Positions 54,669 to 64,000 of a DNA stretch of 64,000 nt are shown here, one piece after another. The notes below the pieces were generated by a model, which did not search any database, had not been told where the DNA came from, and was given only the letters and a program-made list of their open reading frames with translations. Positions within the stretch are counted from its first letter, which is position 1. Every line of letters starts with the position of its first letter. The stretch comes from Octopus sinensis (taxonomy: Eukaryota): contig NC_042997.1 of the NCBI RefSeq assembly GCF_006345805.1, forward strand, positions 98,642,001-98,706,000, given 5' to 3'. The position numbers and the translations under genes were made by a program.

Positions 54669-55552
54669 CTTTAGAGCATGGAGTTTATAATTTAAACATA
54701 ATTATAGTGATATAACAATGGGGTGGAGTAAAAGATATGATAAAAATAAGAGATTAAACTGTGCAGAAAGTTTCTTACAGCTGTTTCTAGAATAGCTGTG
54801 CAAATGTTACACGTCTCAACGAACACATATTCCCATAGAGAAGACAACTATACCGGCTTCACAGATATAAAGGATATTACAAGTTGTCAGTTCCATCATC
54901 AAAGAATTCAAGGAATATGATCAATAAAGGATACTAGTTGTTATCAGTAACATTTTCGAAGAGAGCGTGAGGTAGATCATGAGTGGAAGTTTTGTGAGGG
55001 CCAAAGGATAGGATAAAATAAGACAGAGCCATGAATGCATGTGAACAGATAGGGACTAGCTGGTATTATGAAAGTATACCTAACTTAAATGTATAATCGC
55101 AAAAATCCCCATTGTATGCAGATATGGCTGTGTGGTAAAAGGTTTACCCTCAATCACATGGCTCCGGGTTCAGTCCCACAGAATGATAACTTGGGCAAAT
55201 GTCTTTTACTATAGCCTAGGGCCAACTAAGGCTCTGTGAGTGAATTTCGTAAACGGAACCTGAAACAACCCCGTCGTATATGTATTTGTGTGTGCGTGTG
55301 TGTCAATTTGTCCTCCACAACCGCTTGACAACAAATATTTGTGTGTTCATATACCTACAACTTAACGATTCGACAAAACAGACTGACAGAATAAGTACCC
55401 AGGATTTTTTTTAATAAGTACTGGGGTCGGATTCTTATATATATAAAAGTGATGAGGGTAAAATTATTATTAAAAAATTATAATTTATACCAGTGGTCAG
55501 CATACGTAAAAAGAAAGTCCAAGGACTACAAATTATATTCAAATATAAGAGG

Positions 55553-55735
55553 AAAGCCACTAAGTGGGTTCCTTACATGCTGAAAGTAGTCGCCAGATCG
55601 TCTAACAATTATAAAAATGCGCGTTGGATGTACTCGCTCAAGACATTTGCTCCTTTTATATCTTTTAATAGTATTTTGCACGAGTACATCCAACGCGTCT
55701 ACTTTCAGCATGTAAGGAAACCACTTAGTAGCTTT
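55553..55735. repeat. Foldback with an asymmetric ~30-nt insertion in the left arm
   Basis: aagccactaagtgggttccttacatgctgaaagtag..cgcgttggatgtactcg mirrored by cgagtacatccaacgcgtctactttcagcatgtaaggaaaccacttagtagctt. Confidence 0.85.
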
Positions 55736-55737
55736 TA

Positions 55738-55799
<62 letters not shown>

Positions 55800-55800
55800 C

Positions 55801-55877
<77 letters not shown>

Positions 55878-56904
55878 ATATATATACAGAGAGAGAGACA
55901 GGCAGAAAGACATAGTAAGAGAAAGAGTGAGAGAAAGTTGTTGCTGCTCGGCCACTGGCTATTTGAGATTACATGAATGGTATATTCGATATCCTCCTCA
56001 AAAATAATCAATGGTAGTAGACTGTCGATGCATTGATGTCTAATATGCACACCATACTAGTTTAGTAAATGATGCAGACAATAGAAGTTTGCGTGATTTC
56101 CAGCCTCCAAAAATAATTAACTCCAGTCTAAAGAGATCATCATCTCTAGTCTTCCGAATCCACAAGCTTTGCTTGCGCATCGGCATTACCAAATTCATTT
56201 GCAAACATTTACATGTGGAACTTGTTTTGTTTGATTTGATACATAGAAAATCTTTATTTTATCCTCAACTTATAATATATTCCGGCTAAACTTATAGCTT
56301 CCGCATCCTTCTCATTCAAATCAAATCTTTCTCTAAATCTTTTTTATAACTCCCCGCTTATTGATTTATTTGTATTTCCCCTTCACTGCGTCCGGGGTGA
56401 AAAGAGATATACTACTACTACTACTACTACAACCGCTGTTGCTGACGCTGCTGCTGGTGATGCTGCCGCTGGTGCTGGTGCCGCTGCCCCTGCTGCCGGT
56501 AGTGGTGGTGCTGCTACTCTGTCTGACTCTTTTCCTGCTGCTAGTGGTTCTGCAACTGCCAAATTTCAATTTGTTTAGAAAGTTGCTGCTGCAGTTGCTA
56601 CGCAAATGCTTCGCATAGCTTGATGTAGACTATCAGTACAGGCGCAACTAATCTATAGAAAGTTTAGGCAAACATGATCGTTATATTGCCAGGAAATACC
56701 GAATCCGTATATTTTGTATAACTGGTACCAGCTTTTTCTGTTCTTTCTAGTTAAATTAATGAGAAATGAAATAGAAATATAGTAATGTTTTACATTAGTC
56801 CATAGGCTGACCAGGACTTTTTAAAACACATCCAAATCTCATTAATTATGTCGACAGTCACTAATAAAATACAGCAATAATGACAGAGCAAGCATGTTTT
56901 TCAG

Positions 56905-57000
<96 letters not shown>

Positions 57001-57191
57001 TAATTCTAACTGGGCCCCACCTGCAAGGTCATGTGCTGTTTATCTTGATATGAGATCACCACATCGCGCACATATGGTTGTGATGCATGCGCCTCGTGCA
57101 CCCTTATCACACAGGTAGTCATGATGGGTATACTGGACTTCGTATATTTTTCCCCAGTGTCACTTTGTTGGCATGCACTGCGCTCTCACTC

Positions 57192-57242
<51 letters not shown>

Positions 57243-57276
57243 TATAATTATAATAATAATAATAATGATGATAATG

Positions 57277-57324
<48 letters not shown>

Positions 57325-57520
57325 TAATATAATTCTAACTGGGCCCCACCTGCAAGGTCATGTGCTGTTTATCTTGATATGAGATCACCACATCGCGCAC
57401 ATATGGTTGTGATGCATGCGCCTCGTGCACCCTTATCACACAGGTAGTCATGATGGGTATACTGGACTTCGTATATTTTTCCCCAGTGTCACTTTGTTGG
57501 CATGCACTGCGCTCTCACTC
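57001..57520 (+). repeat. Two identical ~190-bp units, probably LINE 3' ends, each followed by (AAT)n; period 329 bp
   Basis: taattctaactgggccccacc..gcactgcgctctcactc-aataataat at 57001..57191 and 57330..57520. Confidence 0.85.
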
Positions 57521-57566
<46 letters not shown>

Positions 57567-57610
57567 TAATAATAATAATTATAATTATAATAATAATAAT
57601 GATGATAATG

Positions 57611-57659
<49 letters not shown>

Positions 57660-57746
57660 TGATAATAATAATAATGAAGAGGAGGAGGAGAAGAAGAAGA
57701 CGAAGAAGAAGAAGAAAAGAAGAAGAAGAAGAAGAAGAAGAAGAAG

Positions 57747-57778
<32 letters not shown>

Positions 57779-57809
57779 GAAGAAGAAGAAAAAGAAGAAG
57801 AATCCTTTC

Positions 57810-58190
57810 TAATGCAGGCACAAGGCCTGAAATTTTCGGATGGGAGGTAGTCGATTAGTCCGACCTCAGTACGCAACTGGTACTTAATTTATCGACCCCG
57901 AACAGAGGAAAGGTATAATCGACCTCGGCGGAATTGGAACTCAGAACGTAGCGACAGGCGGAATACCTATTTCTTTACTGCCCATAAGGGGCTACACACA
58001 GAGGGGACAAACAAGGACAGACAAACGGAGTAAGTCGATTATATCAATGCCAGTGCGTAACTGGTACTTATTTAATCGACCCCGAAAGGATGAAAGGCAA
58101 AGTTGACCTCGGCGGAATTTGAACTCAGAACGTAGCGGCAGGCGGAATACCGCTAATCATTTCGTCCAGTGTGCTAACGATTCCTCCAAC
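57810..58190 (-). mobile_element. Dimeric tRNA-derived SINE
   Basis: Same monomer order and junction as 6085..6445. Confidence 0.8.
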
Positions 58191-58217
58191 TATTACTACT
58201 ACTACTAATACTAATAC

Positions 58218-58282
<65 letters not shown>

Positions 58283-60439
58283 TCATTTCTACTGGAAGCA
58301 CAAGGCTTCAAATCTGTGGGGTGAGAAATAGTCGATTATATCGACCCCAGTGTTTCACTGGTACTTATTTAATCGACCCCGAAAGAATGAAAGGCAAAGT
58401 CCACCCTGGCGGAATTTGAACTAAGAATGATAGTCTGGTGTTACCGTAGGAACTGCAGCTTTCAGAATATATGTTTGTTTCTTTTACTTTTACTAGAAAC
58501 AATAATAATTTCTAGCTACAAAACGTCATAGTTGTAATAACATAGTATAGTGTAGTGAAACATTAAAAATTGCAAATGCAAAAAAGTTACACGAATTAAT
58601 AAATATATACAGATATAAAGAAATAAAATCAAAAGTGACCAACTCACTCACATAGGGGCAATAAGCTGGCTGGTTCCAAGATGAGGTCAGGGTAAATCAT
58701 GACCCCTCCAGTTACTACACTATCTATAGCATATCTCGTTTTTCAGAAAGAGTCCGTGAATATCTTCGATGTGTGTTTCGTAAATGAAGATATCTCATGC
58801 TTTCCTCAGAGTTTAATTTTCTTTGAGTAGTCTTTTATCTTTGTGTTATTAATAATCTAGTCTTTAAATAAGAATTCTCAGAAAAGTATTCCCTATCTTT
58901 AAATAATAGATTGTACCCGTCCGCTTATTTCACCTCATTCAGTAGAGCCTTTTATCTCATTGTTGGCAATTCCCAAAGCTATGGGTTTCAAGCAATGGAC
59001 TATAAAATGGATTTAGCACTGAAAATGAGCCTACAAATTCGACGAACTTTGTGCGCTTCACACATAAACATATGCAACTGCTAAAATATATAGAGAAACA
59101 AACCACAAGAGTACGATCGTTGATTTTGGTTTATAGTATTCTCTGCAGTACAGTAGAAGCGATTGGTTCTCAAGATTAACATGCTACAACATGAGGACGG
59201 ATAGGTTTACAGGGTAGGTGCTGATGTTCCCCGTAAAACAAAACGCTACCGCGAAGTAAACCGCATTGTGCGTGCAAAGAGGAAATATATTTGCTGTGCG
59301 TTGCATCGGATGAAGCGTAACTATTATGTGTATTTCAGTAAGTATAACTTCAGAAGGAGCGAGAGAAACAAACGAGGAAAGAGGGGTGTGGATATCAGAA
59401 GAAACAGCAACAAAAGAGACGGCCTCAACTTCACTATTTCCAGAGCAGTATATCCAGAGATCCACGCCGAAGAAATATTGACTCATGAATTGCCAAGCAT
59501 TGACAATTTTAAACAAGCACAGTGATAAATGCAAGCGTGATTTGGACTCATTAGATCTCGTCAAAGGAGAGGCCACACAGCCTTTTGAAACAACCTCCAT
59601 ACGCTTTTTTTGTCCAGGAAACAAACCAATATTAGAATTTCTCAGTACTTCATAAGGTATGGAAACGAGGAATTAGAGCGTTTCTTTTTTCGAAATTTAG
59701 TCTTGAATGCATGCGATTGCACAATTGAGAAGGCATGCATTTCGAAATATGTATGTGCATTGGTCTAAAAAAAAAATCATTTTTCACACCAAGGGAATAG
59801 GATTTTTGCCGAAACGCTCTAGAATAATTTGTTGCGAAAGTAATTCAATCTGCATAACTCATTTTCTGTTTTTTATATAAAGTGAACGTGATAAAATGCA
59901 ATTTTATTCTGGAGCTGCGTCACACAAGCCCTCTCACTGCAAATTATAACGACAGCGATAACAACAATAAAACAACGACGACTAGGATAACAATAATTAA
60001 CAACTAGAATGACAACACCCAGAAAAATAACAACAACAAAAGCAAGAAAGAGAAAATGGAAAAGGCGGGAGCAGGAATAGCTGCAGAAATATTAGTGAAG
60101 AGAAAATAGCCCGTTTTGAAGTGATAATGACAAGCAAAATATATAAGGTTTCAGATTACAGGGAAAATCCGTTAAATTCTGTTGGAAGTGTAAAGGAATT
60201 GAGTAAAGATGATTACCAGCTTAATAATTGGAATTCTAAGGTTTCAGTCATTATGCATCACATGAGTGTATTCATACAAGTGCATTTTAAAGCACAATCA
60301 GACGTACAAACAAGCTTACACAAAACATACATACAAGCAGGCGTGTTGTACTCATACACCACACACACACAGACACAAACACACATTCTTTTATTCTTTT
60401 CTTTTCTTTTATTCTTTTCTTTTCTTTTATTTGTTTCAG

Positions 60440-60622
60440 TTATTTGACTGCGGTCATGCTGGAACACCGCCTTTAGTCGAGCAAATCGACGCCAGGACTT
60501 ATTCTTTGGAAGCCTAGTACTTATTCTCTCGGTCTCTCTTGCCGAACCACTAAGTGACGGGCATAAACACACCAGCATCGTTTGTCAAGTGATATTGTGG
60601 GGGCAAATACAGACATACAAAC

Positions 60623-60695
<73 letters not shown>

Positions 60696-60780
60696 TATAC
60701 AACGGGCTTCTTTCAGTTTCCGTCTAACAAATCCACTCACAAGGCTTTGGTTGGCCCGAGGCTATAGTAGAAGACATGTA
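60440..60780 (-). mobile_element. tRNA-derived SINE with internal microsatellite (13404/31743 family), 5'-truncated
   Basis: tgtttcagttatttgactgcggtcatgctggaacaccgcc..gggcttctttcagtttccgtct..cccgaggctatagtagaagac. Confidence 0.85.
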
Positions 60781-61003
60781 ATATATTTATGTATAATATA
60801 CGAACACCCATATACATAATGTGTGTGTGTGCGTGTGTGTGCGTGTGTGAGTGTGTGCGTGTGTGAGTGAGTGCGTGTGTATACATAATAAACACACATA
60901 TGTGTATATTGCATGTGCTCGTAAATATACGGGTAATATATTAATGGCTATTTGCACACAAAGTTCTAATATATATATGTGTGTGTGAGAGAGAGAGAGA
61001 GAG

Positions 61004-61044
<41 letters not shown>

Positions 61045-61164
61045 CTATACTGTTGAGTCTGGGGAGAGTCATTCCCTTTTAGTGCCATATAATTTAACAC
61101 ACTTACCGGTAAAATTTCCACTTATTTCTTTTTTATTTTTCTAAAATGTTCGTTACGTCTTATG

Positions 61165-61204
<40 letters not shown>

Positions 61205-62933
61205 AGGGGGTAATATATATAAGCTGTTCGTCTGTCCTTGTTTGTCCCCTCTGTGTTTAGCCCCTAAAGTCTGCAATGTTTATAGAGATTTTACTTCTAC
61301 ATCTACTGGTAAAAGGATTGGAATAATTCATAGTCGTTAACTATCTTCATATCAGAAAAATAATGAAGACAAATATATAACGAATGCATATGCCATAACA
61401 ACTTATACTAAAGGAAACAAAAAGATGACCGGCTTTACGATGTCTCCGTGAACGTTTGTGATAGAGCTGAGAAACTCCGTCGTATATGACTATCAGTCAT
61501 GCAGTGTATATGTACAGAGATGATGGATTAACAGTGTCATAAAGCATAAATAAAGACTTATTTTGAATGCGCTTGATAAGAAAATTCAATGATTTCATTA
61601 GCACCATCCTAAAGATATTAAAATTCTTAGATATATCCCCAGATTTAAACAAGAGAGATTATTATTACTATGACAAATTAGAGAAGCATATACATACAGA
61701 AGAATGCAAACAACAATTCAGACATGTCTAGAAATAATGCAGCCAGTAAAATTATGAATGTTTCGAACCAATCATCAAACAGAAAAAAATTAGCAACGTT
61801 GTTCCAGACGCTTGGAGATACTCACTTCAGTACAAAATTAGCGCTATCCAACATTCCTCACAAATTTAAATATCAAGAAGAGTATAATATGATCTAATCT
61901 ACCAGAAAACATTAATATAATCACCAAAATTGACATACTTTTTAACCCTCTCAATAATACCCCAGCTATTTACTAAGCCTCTCAACACTAATTAATTTAA
62001 GGCCAGTTATTTTGGCCTGTGTGTTATTACTGCTCTAAATTTAAACTACAACATAAATTATGTACCTAGACAGTATCCGTCTTAACAACCGAATTTTGAC
62101 TTCAGAAATCCTCAATCAGTCTGGTAAGATAATAGCTATTTTCTAGAGCAGTGGTATATCGTGCGACAACTTTGAGAGAAATTATACGACAATCCCGAAA
62201 TCAGTAGACTTGCAAATCATCCTTCGTGTGTACCAACACTTTAGCCATACTGTTTCAGTGAACTAAAGTGGAATGGGTCCATATCCTATATAGATTTCTT
62301 TTTTAGTAGCCTACTCTTCTTCTTAAAGTCATCAGTTCCTTCTTACATGTACGGGCCTAACAATACAACCACATTATCTGCATCTACCACTTCAAACAAT
62401 GTAATTTGACAGTACTACATCTTGGTGAACTACTGTTTTCCTAGCACCTCTTTCTTTGCTGATGTATGTTTATCCTCCCCATATAATTGTTTCAAAGTTA
62501 GAAATTAAGATATCACACCTTAGTCACCTGACTGGAGCAAAGTTGAGCTGTTATCTACAAATATCAGGTTAAGTTCATAACGGTACTCCGCCCATGCAGA
62601 TGAACCTTTACTATTGCTGTGAACACAGTGATTCTAGGGTAGAAATCCCACTTTCACATTACCAAAAACTTGATTTAAGTTCAGTATATCGCTTTGTTCA
62701 TTGTCTAAGACAACAATGCCTAAAAAAACCCAAGAGTTCTCAGTTGATCGTCAAATCACAAGCAAATTAACGGAGTATAGCCCGTCAAAAGACATGGATT
62801 TCAGGACATAAGTAGTTGCTTTAATTTCATATAATCTATATTTCCTCCTACATGGAGTATAAGGCGATTTTCCGAAGCTTTATATTATGATGCTGATTTT
62901 TCTTCACAAGATATAAAAGTATGCATGGATTTA

Positions 62934-63516
62934 CATTTTTTACATTATTTACATTGGATATTTGTCCTCATCTTCTTTGCCGTCAACATAACGTTTCGGC
63001 TGATGTACCCTCCAGCCTTCATCAGGTGTCTTGGAGGAAATTTCGAACCTGGGTTCTCATTCCTAAGGTAGTTTTCGATGTTGTTGTTGTTGTTGTTGTT
63101 ATTATTATTATTATTATTATTCAGGTTACTGCCTGGAATCGAACTCGGGATCTTGGGGTTAGAAGCCCGCGCTCTTAACAACTACGCCATATTCCCACGG
63201 GTATATGGCGAAGTATTATTAAATATATACATGTAAACGAATACACTAACAAAATCATTCCTATCTCACACACACAGACACACGCATACAGATACACACA
63301 GACATACACTGACATTTGCAGACACAGATACACACACAGATATACATATAGACACATACACGCGCACACTCACACAAAGGCACACACATTTATGCAACAT
63401 TTTCGCGGCGTCATAGTAAATATTCAGCGCTCTTAACCACTACTAGACCCAAGATTCCGAGTTCGATTCGAGGCAGTGACCTGAAAAATAATAATAATAA
63501 TATAATAATAATAATA

Positions 63517-63556
<40 letters not shown>

Positions 63557-63703
63557 TCGAAAAATACCTTAATAATGAGAACCCAGGTTCGAAATTTGCC
63601 CAAGACACCTGATGAAGGCTGGAGGGTATATCAGACGAAATATCCGACAAATGTAAATAATGTAAATAATGTACATAATTCCTCATCTCTTAAATATAAA
63701 ACT
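62934..63703. mobile_element. Composite head-to-head insertion of a tRNA-headed, hammerhead-bearing non-autonomous element with 15-bp TSD
   Basis: Minus copy 62934..63196: tRNA-like head with A box 63178..63189 and B box 63135..63146, then (AAT/AAC)n, then hammerhead 62986..63030. Plus copy 63427..63703. gtatgcatggattta at 62919..62933 and 63704..63718. Confidence 0.85.
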
Positions 63704-63780
63704 GTATGCATGGATTTATAACTGTGCAAATTAAGTTGTTTCAAACCAGACCTTACGAGCAATATAACGTCTATATATAT

Positions 63781-63844
<64 letters not shown>

Positions 63845-63851
63845 GTATAAA

Positions 63852-63899
<48 letters not shown>

Positions 63900-64000
63900 T
63901 ATACATATATATGTATGTGTATATATATATGTGTGTATCTGTGAATATATATATATATTACAAAATATAAATGCATATTTGAAAAATAGCTAATATTCGC

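Noticed and set aside
1021-63196. tRNA-like sequences as real tRNA genes
   Set aside because: They lack complete acceptor stems and continue into SINE bodies
903-63993. Dozens of ORF-track entries rich in IY, CV, HT, MYVC, poly-I, poly-N, poly-L or poly-S
   Set aside because: They are translations of (TA)n, (TG)n, (TATG)n, (GATA)n, (AAT)n and (AGT)n microsatellites

Overview
AT-rich, microsatellite-dense animal genomic DNA. The SINE, Penelope and LINE repertoire and TTAGGG motifs look like an octopus/coleoid cephalopod genome; this is inference, not a database match. The only host coding sequence I can support is one 81-nt internal exon of a classical aquaporin (35196..35276, +; [27 protein letters not shown], second NPA loop, AG/GT splice sites, phase 0/0). 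I found no other aquaporin exon, so the window may be two very large introns. The rest is mostly decayed mobile DNA: R4/Dong-like RLE LINE fragments stacked in (AAT)n arrays, several Penelope-like (PLE) remnants, a pogo and a hAT transposon with TIRs and TSDs, a Helitron helicase, a CR1-like RT, a LINE ORF1, many tRNA-derived SINEs and MITEs. Most ORFs in the supplied track are microsatellite translations. The most interesting signal is a non-coding element family with a tRNA-like Pol III head, an (AAT)n spacer, a minimal hammerhead ribozyme and a fixed 3' end (AAATATAAAAC). It occurs twice as an inverted, tails-out insertion with 11- and 15-bp TSDs. There is also a near-perfect palindrome that encodes a hammerhead on both strands, and about ten foldback hairpins in the presumed pre-mRNA. 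All alignments and folds were done by eye.
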